DNA of 63,623 bases, counting the filler, from Octopus bimaculoides (lineage: Eukaryota), in the NCBI RefSeq assembly GCF_001194135.2. It is 8 parts of 7 records of this genome, joined end to end, with 100 filler letters (N's around TTAATTAATTAA, not from the genome) between each part and the next. Parts side by side here need not be neighbours in the genome. Positions count along the whole stretch, not along the records: positions 1 to 18,927 come from NC_068987.1; 7 more parts are not named here. One strand, written 5' to 3'. Both the position numbers and the translations under genes were made by a program. Below are positions 1 through 11,274 of the stretch, piece by piece (within the stretch, counting starts at the first letter, position 1; each line of letters begins with the position of its first letter). Under the pieces are notes generated by a model. The model did no database searches and was not told the origin of the DNA. It worked only from the letters and a program-made list of their open reading frames with translations.

Positions 1-59
1 TATATATATATATATATATATGTATTGTATATATGTATATATATATATGTATATATATA

Positions 60-119
<60 letters not shown>

Positions 120-480
120 TGTGTGTGCGTATGTATTTGTGTGTGTTTGTACAGATGCATGCATCTATACATATATATAAAGTTACACACAAGCAAACAT
201 ATATACCCTTGCATACGCACACACATACGCGCTGCACAAACATACACATATACGTTTGCACACATACGCGGCACACAAACATACACATATACGTTTGCAC
301 ACATACGCACGCGCAGCACACACGCGCATTGTTAAACATAAGCACTTATATGAAACTAGTCGATAAGTATCTCTTTAATTATCCTTATGTGTATGTATGT
401 GTGTGCGTATATATATGGTTGTCAGTATTTGTATATGTGTGTAAGTATCTATATGCGTGTATATGAATGCATGTATGTGT
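1..480. repeat. (TA)n/(TG)n/(CA)n microsatellite block including a ~40-bp direct repeat
   Basis: Dinucleotide runs. CACACATACGCG..CACAAACATACACATATACGTTTG occurs twice at about 219-300. Such microsatellites recur across the window (e.g. 690-830, 16170-16640, 32960-33030, 58640-58980). Confidence 0.95.
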
Positions 481-689
481 GTACGTTTGTACTAAAATCT
501 ATCAAGGGAGATATAGTTTTAGACAAGTGTTCCAGAATATATCCTTATATGGGCATATTCAAGATACATTCTGTTCGCTTCTTTCACAGATATTGGTCAT
601 AGACCCAACTGATTTTGATTAGTTGAAGAGCACTCTCCGGGAATATGAAGTCCCCACTCCCGATTCGACGAATAAAATGTACCTTGTGA

Positions 690-779
<90 letters not shown>

Positions 780-1148
780 TTCACACACTCTCTCTTTCAC
801 ACACTCTCTCTTTCACACACTCTCTCTTTCACACATACATACACTCATATATAACTAAGCGCATCCATGCATATACGTGTGTGTGTTTTGTTTATGTTTG
901 TGTGCGTGTATTGCTGTGTGTGCTTGCGTGTGTGTGTGTGAATATGGTTCTTAGATCCTTAAGAGATTATGTTTCTGCAAATGCTCGGAATACAATAGCA
1001 AACGTTTGGTATGTCTTTTATGACATTCTGCTTTTTGTTATTTCTTGATTGTTAGTGTTTTTGTTGATGTGTCACTGGAGCTAATAATTTATCATTTGTT
1101 CTTTCAGAATTTTTCGGAATTGTTCTTGTTTTTTGTTAGTGAGTTTAC

Positions 1149-1167
1149 CTGAATGCGTGTGTGGATA
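1149..1167 (-). CDS. candidate 19-nt micro-exon (unidentified gene)
   Basis: The minus strand reads TTTTGTTTTTAATGTTACAG|TATCCACACACGCATTCAG|GTAAAC: a canonical acceptor and donor, with no stop in any frame. Splice signals are the only evidence. Confidence 0.3.
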
Positions 1168-3691
1168 CTGTAACATTAAAAACAAAACGGTTATATTATC
1201 TTTTCCTTTAGTTCTTAATGTCAAGCATTTCGTAGCACATCTGCGACCGAGTCAATCAATGACACAGATTCTACTATATATCTGAAGTGAATTAGAATTG
1301 TGTTAGTGATCAGGTTTGTATATAAACCGTTATAATGTTGAAATATTTTAGAACTAAATAAAAAGTGAATGTAACTGTATTTGTGTGTTCTTCACTTGTT
1401 AAAATGTCTTTTCCTCGATGTAATTTATTCCTTTGTGACTATTCTCAATAAAAGAACAGACATGATATACGAACACGATACTTAAATCTTGTTTTATTTT
1501 CACGAATAAAACCAGAAACGATCGATCATTTATTCCTGTAACATTCGGAAAGTAAGTAATAATTCATTCGCAAATTTTCGACGAATGTAATAAAGTTGCT
1601 CGCCATAGAGCATATAAATTAATCTTTGCTGGTAGGGAAACCGTATTTCGTTTTTGCAACCATAACATACTATATAGAAGGTTTATAAATCAACATAGTG
1701 TTCTACTTTTGTGTTAGTAGTGCATTGTTTTCATTTTAAAGTCAACTTCACAGATTTTCTATAGAATTTACAGCCAGCATTGAAAGTTACATGTATTTTT
1801 GTCTTCGATCTCGTTGTTTACATGGACGTATACGAAACGTCATAACTGTCAGCACCAAGAGAGCGACTGTATAGGTACCAAACAGTTAAAATCATAAGTA
1901 CTAGGATCAATATGTTCTGCTAAACCCTTCAGGGTGGTGTCCCAGCATGGCCGCTAGCTATTATCTGGAACAAGTAAAAGGTATATGTGTGTGTATGTGT
2001 GTGTGTGTTTGTGTGCGGTTGTGTTTGGAGTGTAAGACAAAAGCCTCCTAAGACAAAAGCTCCCGAGGACAAAGGCCACTAGGACAGAAGCCCCACGGTT
2101 ATATTTTCGATTATTTTTCGTTTTTTTTTTCACCTTTACTTGTTTTACTCATTAAACTGAGGCCATACTGGGGCACCGTCTTGAAGAAATTTTTTTCCTT
2201 TTTACTTGTTGCAGTTATTAGACTGCGGTCATACTGGAGCATCACCTTGAAGAATTTTTAGTTGAATGTGACGACCCCAGAATTTTTCTTAATGATTTTC
2301 AACCAGCGCATGAAATTAAGCCTAGAAGGTATCTCCACATGCTAAAACTAACAGCCAAATCTCTTGAAATTCTTTATAACCCTCTCAGTTTTTAAAATAT
2401 TTTCTAAAAATCTTTTTACTTGTTTCAATCATTTAAAAATATATATATTTTAAATTCTTTTGTTTTCTTCTCTCAGCACTTATAAATTAATGAGAATAAG
2501 CTGACCTTTTGAACTTTCTCTGGCTGTTGAAGGTTTAACAGAATTATACCACCGAAGTCTACTTATTCAAACGTACTTCTTAACGTTTTTGTGTTTCTAT
2601 ACATTTCTTGAAATGCTTTTCCTTTAGTTAGAATTCAGACAATATGTACATTGAGTGTTCTGTTATTCTATTATTGATGTTAAGGTTGATTTATTTTCAT
2701 TTTCAAACTTTAAAATTATTCTAAAAACCAGGTATGTAATTGAAACACACGGAACATACCATTGTGAGGGATATAGATGTTTTGATACCGTTTTTCGATT
2801 GAATATATTTTGTTTACTTGAAAGTTGGAATTTTGGAAAATAATTTTTATTTTTTACAACCACTATATCTGTTTTTGTTTACGTGAAATTATAAAAAAAA
2901 ATTTGTAAGATTTGGCTCTTATTTCTAGCATGTGGATAGACCTTCTATGCTTAACTTTATGTGCTGGTTGAAAATAACCTAAAAAAAAGATTCTGAGGTC
3001 GATACATTCGATTAAAAATTCTTCAATGCAGTGCCCCAACATGGCAGCAGTCCAGTGACTGAAACAAGTAAAAAGATTTTTAGAAAATAAAACGAAGAAT
3101 AACCAAAAAATATAACCGACGAGCGTTATAAAAAAAATTCAAGAGATTTGGCTGTTATTTGTAGCATATCGAGACACCTCCTAGGCTTTCATCCGTCTTT
3201 ATGATCCGAGCACCAATTCCGCCGAGGTCGACTTTACCTATTTATCCTTCACGGGTTGATATAGTAAGTACTAAATGAGCACTAGGGTTCATGACATCGA
3301 CTAGTCCCCTTCCCTAAATTTGCTAGCCTTGTGCCAAAATTTGAAACCAATATTATTATTGTTATCTAAGGCGGTGAGGTAGCAGGTTCGTTTGCACGCC
3401 AGGAAAAACGCTTAGCGGTATTTCGTCTGTTTTTACTGACTGAACTTAATTATGCTGAGGACGACTTTGCTCTTCATCCTTTTGAGATCAATAAAATAAG
3501 TACCATTTGAAGTCGTAGTTGTATATCTACTACATATAGTAGTAGTTGTCCTATTTGTTATGATTATTGTTACCACTGTTGTGGAAAGCATGAAAGTACT
3601 TGTAACATATATAATATTGCAAGCTGTAAAAAATACAAAACTTGAACATGAAAATTAGGCTAAGTTAGAATTTCATTCACTAATGTATAAT

Positions 3692-3729
<38 letters not shown>

Positions 3730-4198
3730 ATGTTTGTGTGTTCGCTTGTATACAGCCATTCAAAAATATATACGTAAATGCTTAATGTCTATATGCGAAA
3801 ACACACGTGCGCATGTGCCCAAATAGACAGACAAACAGACCGCTCAAAATTGCAATAATAACATGGAAGAACAATAATGAAGAAAAAATACTACAAAAAT
3901 CACCGAAATTTCTTTACATCTAGGACACTTACATCAACAGTACTAGAAACGGTGAATTAATTGAAGTCCACGCGCCGAATGTCTGATTTACATGTTTTTA
4001 TAAGAAGGAAATAACAACATTAACACCTCCTTTTCTCAGCCTACTCACACCTCTGCTCACGCTCACATGCACCGACATTCACACAACTCCTCGTTTGAAA
4101 TCAACTGGATTCGCAAAAAGGCAAAAACAGCAAAAAAAATCTTTGTTTTTATTATTCATTGCTCATCACCAGACAATCAACTCCAATGAAAAATTTAC

Positions 4199-4258
4199 CA
4201 GGAGTCCCTTCTGCTTGAAAAATATATAGTCAAGTGTCGATGGAAATAATATAGTAAG
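4199..4258 (-). CDS. candidate 60-nt exon (unidentified gene)
   Basis: Minus-strand acceptor CATTGTTTTTAG| and donor CTG|GTAAAT. Phase 0 reads LTILFPSTLDYIFFKQKGLL, phase 1 reads AYYIISIDT*, and phase 2 is also open. Confidence 0.35.
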
Positions 4259-5179
4259 CTAAAAACAATGAATTATATAACAATTGAAGTATAACTACAC
4301 CAGTGAACCTGCTGATTTGTTTCCGCATAACTATTAAAAAAATAAATATTTTCTAATGAAATTATGATAATTCTGGAATTAATGTGAAAGAGTTGATGGG
4401 CTTGTACACAAACATACTGACACAGCTTCACATATATATCGATAAAATGAAACTTGAAATTTAAAAAAAAATGATGTAATATGCGTCAGTATGCATCTAT
4501 GCACCTATCATTTTAAAAATTTTTATATTCAATTTCAATAAAATCGGAATTTATACCATCTGAAATGTATTTGTAGAGCATATTAATTTTTTAAAATATT
4601 CATTGTTCTGAGAATTATGAAGAAACCTTATTGAAGGTGGGGCACACATGTGGAGGTATTCTACAAGTGAAATAACGCCCGTAATGAAAAAAACAAAACA
4701 AACAAAAACAATATCATCGTTTAGATTGATGTCATTTCTTATTCAAGCCCGTAAAGGAATAAACATTGTTACAGCTTATGTTTGATAATTTTGAAGGGCG
4801 CCCAAGTTCTTGGATCAGCTTAAATGATTATTATCTCTGATCCTCAAAATACAAAGACCCGTAGATGTTAGAGCATTTTAGATATTAAAGCATAGAATAA
4901 AATGCCGTGCATTATTTCTTCCAACTCTTACATTTTGAGTTCAAATCTTGTCGAGGTTAACTTGACGTTTCATCCCTCCCAGCAGGGTGGTCTAAATAGC
5001 ATTGTACCCAACTCTGTGGGCAAAGCAATGAACTAGAACTCCTACATACACATATCACAATAAGCGGATAGTATATTCGTGGAGAGCCCGCGCAACTGCT
5101 CAGTATGGTGTACTTAAAGATATAGTATCATGGTCGATTTAATCAACAAAGTTTGAAGCCTTGTGTAGAAGTAATTATA

Positions 5180-5990
5180 CAGGCTGTCCCAAAAGTCCCT
5201 GATGGGTTTCAATTTTAATTAACTTCCTTAACTTTACAAATAAATGCATGAAATATTGATACAATATAAAGGACATTATGGAAATTAATTATTTAACCGT
5301 TCCCCTTTCTTTTCAGATTTTTTTGTGCTTTCATTTGAATGGATTCATCAACAAACAAAGTTGCAGTTTTGAGGTTCTGAGATCCCGAGTACAGTACACC
5401 AACGAGAGCTGCACCCTGTAAGGTGTATGGTATTGTGTGGATTGACAGCAGATGAATTTTATCAGTCTTTATTTCTTTGAGGATGATAACGGAAATGATG
5501 TCACAGTGACTGAAGAACAGTACAGAACCATGATTGGGACCTTTTTGCGCCCGGCCACATGGTTCCAGCAAGATAGGGCAACTCAACTACTTATACCACA
5601 AGAGAAACAATGCACTGCTTTGGAGACAGAATAAACTCCCGCTACGGCAATGTCAACTGGCCTTCACATTCCCCAGACTTGACTTGCCTGGATATTTTCT
5701 TGTGGAGATACCTGAAAGAGAGGGTTTACGTCAACAAACCGGAGACCCTGGGGCAGATGAGGAGACCATCAATAAAGAAATCGGGTTCTGAAACTCTTGA
5801 GGGTGTTATGGTGCAAGTTTTGGAAAGAGCACGGGCGTGCGAAGCCGAAAATGACTGCCATTTAAGTGATATCATTTTTCATGTGATGTCATGTTTTTAC
5901 AAAATTTGACTTGTGCATATTAATTTCTATTATGTCCTTTATATTATATCAAGCTTTCATGCATTTGTTTGTGAAGTTAAGGAAGTTATT
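5180..5990 (+). mobile_element. decayed, internally deleted Tc1/mariner-superfamily DNA transposon
   Basis: Starts TA|CAGGCTGTCCC. About 70-bp inverted repeats lie at 5219-5290 and 5920-5990. Frameshifted transposase motifs: FHLNGFINKQ, YFFED..VTVTEEQYRTMI..WFQQD and FGDRINSRYGNVNWPSHSPDLTCLDIFLWRYLKERVY (compare WPPRSPDLTPLDFFLWG). Confidence 0.9.
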
Positions 5991-6684
5991 AGAAATCAGT
6001 CTTGGTTAGTAAATTTGTGATGTGATGCATTTCAAACATGAACACTCCGCCTTTCATTTATACATCTTTTAACCCAGATTACACTATTCAATGAGTACTT
6101 TGTAAAATTGATAAGCGCGTGTCACTGCGTGCATGTGTGCGTGTAAGAGTGTGTGCGTGTTCACGCATGTGTTTGTGTGTTTGTGGTGTGAAAGGAAATT
6201 AGCAGTTATTATTTTACTAGCAGGACCCGTGATTATTTCACAGAATTAATAGTAAACTTATTGAATTATTTCTGAAAAAAGAAAAAACCAAAATCCTGGA
6301 AGTGTATCCTGTGTTGTGTCTGTATAAAAAGATAGTAGCTCACCTGCTAATCATCAAAAAGTGAAGGAAATTTCAATATGATGATTACTTAATGCGCTTT
6401 ATATATACACTTAATATAATTTATGCTCAATTTTATAGACTTAATACACAACACTCTCCCTCTTTCTCTCTTAATCTTCGCCTTACTCTCTTATTCTTTC
6501 TCCTTTTCTTTCGCCCTCTGCCTTTCCCTTCAAATAATCACGTGAAAGCGGTACAGACGCGTTAAGTAATGGGGGAGAAAAAACTTAGTTAAAAGACTCA
6601 AGAAAATAGCACATTTCACTCACCACCACTTCCCCCACCAAAAAAAAAAAAAATTTAAATCATGTCGAATAATATTGGTTTGAG

Positions 6685-6882
6685 ATTTTGGTAGAAGGCC
6701 AGCAATCTCGAGAAAGGGGATAAAAAGGTTTCATCGACCCCAGTACTTAACTGATACCTATTTTAATCGACCTGGAAAGGCAAATTTGACCCCGGTGGTA
6801 TCTGAACTCACAACGTAAAATCGGAAGAAATGCCGCCTGAGCATTTTATCTGGTGCAGTAACGATTCTGCTAGCTTGCCACC
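6685..6882 (-). mobile_element. tRNA-derived SINE family B (Nin/Deu-like domain), diverged copy
   Basis: Reverse-complement match to the clean copy at 56689-56922. Other diverged B copies are at about 3205-3510, 4890-4990, 9575-9760, 19750-19900, 20780-20920, 32085-32250, 46378-46562 and 63085-63238. Confidence 0.8.
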
Positions 6883-7986
6883 TTTATATCGACTAATAGT
6901 AAAATACTTTAACGATATACACTTTAAACTCTATTACGATATATTGAGTTTGTGCTAGATTATATGTTAGTTCATAATAATCGGTTGCTTTTTGACTATC
7001 TTTGATTATACAAAGCAATGAAACGTAATAGAAAAACTAACATATTTTAATGAAGCATTATTCAAAGAGAGGAAATTAAAACAGTATTACAATGGTTTAT
7101 TATTTTGAATGCTGCATGAATTCAACAGAACCTTTTAATTAAAGCAATTTGTTTGAGGGGAAATCTCTCAGCGAAGTGAGACACAGAAATTCGAACAGGA
7201 ACAAAAAATTGAAAAACAAATTATTTTAATTTAAAGAAAAGTATACTAAGTTTATGAACAGTATTGTGAACAAAAGTGAAATTGAGTTTAAAACATTATT
7301 TCAATGCAAACTGGACATAAAGGAAAGAAAGAAAAGTAAAAAAACAACGGTTTTATCGTATATTTCAATATTTTGGTTTTGAAGTCCTTTATCAAAAGAA
7401 CCATGGACAGATGTGAGTGAGGAGGGTTGCGATAATTGAAAACTTTTCCAGATTTAATTTTTAACATCAGAAGCATTTGTAAATGTGTTTTTCGCAATAT
7501 GGATGTGCATTTTACAAAAGTTGCCTCTGTGACAACGCCCACCATATTTATTTGATCTTGTTTTGTAGATTCGTAGACCCACAATTACACGTCTAATCGT
7601 TGATAAAGCAGTTGGCTAGAGTTCATGGATAGCTCCCGTGTGTAAGCCTATTTTCAGACAGATATATTCTTAGGAATTGCTTACAAAGTGACATGTTTAG
7701 TTTAGTTCCTCGTTATGGATCTATTGACAGATTGAAACAGTGTTTCTATACTTTAGTCTCAGTAAGTTTGTCGCTGTCGGTGGGAATTTTGCGAGTCTTA
7801 CCACCAGTTCGATGTCAGATGAAGAATACATACATACATACATATACTCACACATATGAGAGAGAGAGAGAGAGAGAGTTAGAAATTGTATGAGAGACCA
7901 TGTAAGAAGTAAAATCTTCGTTTATCATTTGTGGAAAGGATACCTGCTTATTATTTAATATAAGATGAGGGAATGAATTAATATAG

Positions 7987-8216
7987 ATACTGGTAGCGGT
8001 GGGGATGGCTGCACCGGTTCTGGTGTTTGGAATTACAATATTACTGCTGGTGAAAGCAATAATGCTGGAGAATATTTCAAACTATTGTCAGCCGAGACCC
8101 AAATTACCTCCACCTGGTTTGTACCAAATTTTTCTTATATCGAATTCTGGCAAACAAATATGTCATTTGAAAAGAAAATTCAATCGTTTTTGAATATCTG
8201 TCTTAGATATTCTTGA
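7987..8216 (+). CDS. candidate terminal coding exon, unidentified Gly/Asn/Trp-rich peptide
   Basis: 76 codons are open after ATATAG|: DTGSGGDGCTGSGVWNYNITAGESNNAGEYFKLLSAETQITSTWFVPNFSYIEFWQTNMSFEKKIQSFLNICLRYS*. The first half has strong RNY codon periodicity and AATAAA lies at 8273-8278. The polypyrimidine tract is weak. Confidence 0.45.
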
Positions 8217-8769
8217 TAAGCCTGAGATACTCTAAAATTTACCTCTTATCATTAGAGAGATAAATATGAACAAATAAATACATGGAGTAATTTTATTTTA
8301 AAGTACGAGGTTTTCGCTTACGTTCTTTTTTTTGTGGNNNNNNNNNNNNNNNNNNNNNNNNNNNNNNNNNNNNNNNNNNNNNNNNNNNNNNNNNNNNNNN
8401 NNNNNNNNNNNNNNNNNNNNNNNNNNNNNNNNNNNNNNNNNNNNNNNNNNNNNNNNNNNNNNNNNNNNNNNNNNNNNNNNNNNNNNNNNNNNNNNNNNNN
8501 NNNNNNNNNNNNNNNNNNNNNNNNNNNNNNNNNNNNNNNNNNNNNNNNNNNNNNNNNNNNNNNNNNNNNNNNNNNNNNNNNNNNNNNNNNNNNNNNNNNN
8601 NNNNNNNNNNNNNNNNNNNNNNNNNNNNNNNNNNNNNNNNNNNNNNNNNNNNNNNNNNNNNNNNNNNNNNNNNNNNNNNNNNNNNNNNNNNNNNNNNNNN
8701 NNNNNNNNNNNNNNNNNNNNNNNNNNNNNNNNNNNNNNNNNNNNNNNNNNNNNNNNCTACATATATGTA

Positions 8770-8843
8770 ATCCCACACGGGCTGATCGAAGCCTTGTGAG
8801 TGGATTTGGTAGACGGGAACTGAAAGAAGCTCCTCGTATATAT

Positions 8844-8892
<49 letters not shown>

Positions 8893-9115
8893 TGTGTGTG
8901 TGTATGTGTGTGTGCCTTTGTGTCAGTGTAAGTCTCCGCCCCATCACCGCTTGACAACCGGTGTTGGTGTGTTTGCATCTTCGTCACCTAGCGATTCGTC
9001 AAAAGAGACCTATAGAATAAGTCCTGGTCTCGATTTGCTCGACTAAAACCCTTCAAGGCAGTGCCATTGCATGGCCGCAGTCATCTGACTAAAACAAGTA
9101 AAAGAATAAAAGAAT
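8770..9115 (+). mobile_element. tRNA-derived SINE family A, 5' part lost in the gap
   Basis: GCCTTGTGAGTGGATTTGGTAGACGG-(TG)n-GACAACCGG...GCATGGCCGCAGTC..GACTAAAACAAGTAAAAG matches the full copies at 55354 and 61332. Confidence 0.85.
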
Positions 9116-9140
9116 ATATACACATCCATATATATATTCA

Positions 9141-9335
9141 CATAAAATGTTAGGTGTGCTGAAAAAGGCCCGGTTGGCGGCCCAACCTTCAGAGTTCTTT
9201 CACAGGGTTTAGAAAAACTGAAGGATTTCTGCTATAAGCATGTTAATCTGAGAGAGAGACATGCTAAATAAAATCATAATTAATTGATCCTCCAATATTA
9301 TCTTTTACCCAAAGTCAGGTACTTTTCAGCACCCT
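9141..9335. mobile_element. possible short mariner-derived MITE
   Basis: The left end GGTGTGCTGAAAAAGGCCCGG and the reverse complement of the right end (GGGTGCTGAAAAGTACCTGAC) form a degenerate terminal inverted repeat. Confidence 0.35.
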
Positions 9336-10192
9336 CTCGTATATTGGATACATACAAATACAGACACTCATACACATATTTTCAGCCAGAAACGGAAAGA
9401 CACTGTGTAAATGAGTATTTGAAATAAACGACAATCCACATGACAGTTCGTACATAATTTCGCTGAAAATATCATAAAAGATATAGATGATTGCAAAGCG
9501 AATCTCTTGGCTGTTCAATCAAGTCAGCGCTTAGAAATAGCATTAATTCATACAAAATAATTCTTTCTGCTAAAGGTACAAGGCCTGAAATTTTGGAGAC
9601 GAGGACTACTCGATTATATTAACTCCAGTGTTTCACTGGTTCTTAATTTATCGACTCCAAAAAGATGAAATGCAAGGTCTACCTCAGAACATAAATACAG
9701 ACGAAATGCCGCGAAGCATTTTGCTCGGTTTGCTAACGATTCTGCAGGCTCGCCGCCTTGGTTCAGATAATATAATACCATCTTATAATAATTCTGGTTG
9801 TCATTACATTACTTAGTTCGTTGGCAACGCTTTCACGTGATTAGAGAATGAGAGAGAGAAAGAAAAGAGAGAGAGGAAAAAGAGGGTGAGAGAAGCGTCC
9901 ATGACGTGAGGTAGAGGGAACGTAATTGTAACGCTTTCTCGTGATTAGTTGAAGGGAAAGCGAGGAGAAAGAAAAGGAGAGAGCAAAAAGGATAAGGCGA
10001 AAAGTGAGGCAGGAAGAGAGAGAAAGAAAAAGAGGAAGAGATAAAAGACAGAGAGAGAAGCGTCCATGACATGTGATAGGGGAACGGAATAATTATTACG
10101 TGGTTAAAAATGTTAGTTGAAGGTAGTGACATAGAGGAGAGTTAGGAATATAATTTTAGCAGAGGGGTGATGTTCTGATAGCGAGATTAAAG

Positions 10193-10240
<48 letters not shown>

Positions 10241-10380
10241 TGAGAGAAAGAGAAAGGGAGAGAAAAAGAGAGAAAGGTGATGTGGTGGTGGAGGTGACGA
10301 TGGTGAGTGCATAGTCAAAAGTAATTTTTAAAAAAAATGAACTAAGCTTTTTTATCACCTATCACTTAACGAAAGCACAT

Positions 10381-10712
10381 CCCAGGCCTGCCATTCCCTT
10401 TAGAAAGAAACCAGTTTCCCGTTCACCTGTCATATGAATATCAATGAATTACAAGGGCAGACATTTGATAAAGTGGGGATGTTCCTGCCTGACACTGTAT
10501 TAGGCCATGGTCAGTTATATGTTGCATTCTCAAGGGCTCGCTAATTATCTGATGTGAGAGTTAAAGTTATCAACACTGACAAACAAAGGAAAAAAGAGGG
10601 AGAGCTTACACGAAGAAGTATTGGATTGAAAGATGTACGCAAATTGAAATGTGAATTGTCTCTGATCCATCACCTTGGCTTATCAGTTACCAACGATGTG
10701 GTTTTCAGAGAA
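10381..10712 (+). mobile_element. Helitron Rep/helicase (PIF1-like) C-terminal remnant
   Basis: Translates with one frameshift and one stop as PGLPFPLERNQFPVHLS../INELQGQTFDKVGMFLPDTVLGHGQLYVAFSRAR*LSDVRVKV...TNDVVFRE. This matches the Helitron consensus QFPVRLAFAMTINKSQGQT..VG..L..PVFSHGQLYVA.SR and the terminal NVVY.E. Confidence 0.9.
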
Positions 10713-10908
10713 TGCCATGTTGCATTAAGTTTTTACCCCCGTGAAATTGTGACCCCTACATTTTACATATAAAATAAAAATTTTTTTACTATAAAATTTT
10801 TATTTTCTAGATATCAAATTGTGATCATGTAAATTTTAAAATGTAATTTTTTCTGTTTATAGGGAAAATAAAAAAATAAGAGTAAATATTTATTTTATGA
10901 GTGCTGTG

Positions 10909-11274
10909 TTCGTTGGCACTCCGTCGCTTGCGACCACGAGGGTTCCAGTTGATCCGATCAACGGAACAGCCTGCTCGTGAAATTAACGTGCAAGTGGCTG
11001 AGCACTCCACAGACACGTGTACCCTTAACGTAGTTCTCGGGGGATATTCAGCGTGACACAGAGTGTGACAAGGCTGGCCCTTTGAATTACAGGCACAACA
11101 GAAACTGGAAGTAAGAGTGAGAGAAAGTTATGGTGAAAGAGTACAGCAGGATTCGTCACCATCCCCTGCTGGAGCCTCGTGGAGCTTTAGGTGTTTTCGC
11201 TCAATAAACACTCACAACGCCCGGCCTGGGAATCGAAACCGCGATCCTATAACTGCGATTCCGCTGCCCTAACC
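10909..11274 (-). mobile_element. tRNA-derived SINE family C, near full length
   Basis: The minus-strand head GGTTAGGGCAGCGG...GGTTTCGATTCCC is Pol III A/B-box-like. The body CTCGTGAAATTAACGTGCAAGTGGCTGAG is shared with copies at about 33985-34140, 35035-35270 and 61733-61918. Confidence 0.85.

Noticed and set aside
20-1048. ORFs rich in YI/CV/TH/ER/LS dipeptides (here and throughout the window)
   Set aside because: They are translations of (TA)n, (TG)n and (GA)n microsatellites, which lack stop codons in some frames. They are not genes.
2033-2096. CRISPR-like array
   Set aside because: The units are 16 bp, degenerate and without spacers. The context is eukaryotic with no cas genes.
7288-7584. 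98-aa minus-strand ORF
   Set aside because: Several frames on both strands are similarly open here and there are no consistent splice or start signals, so it is indistinguishable from chance.
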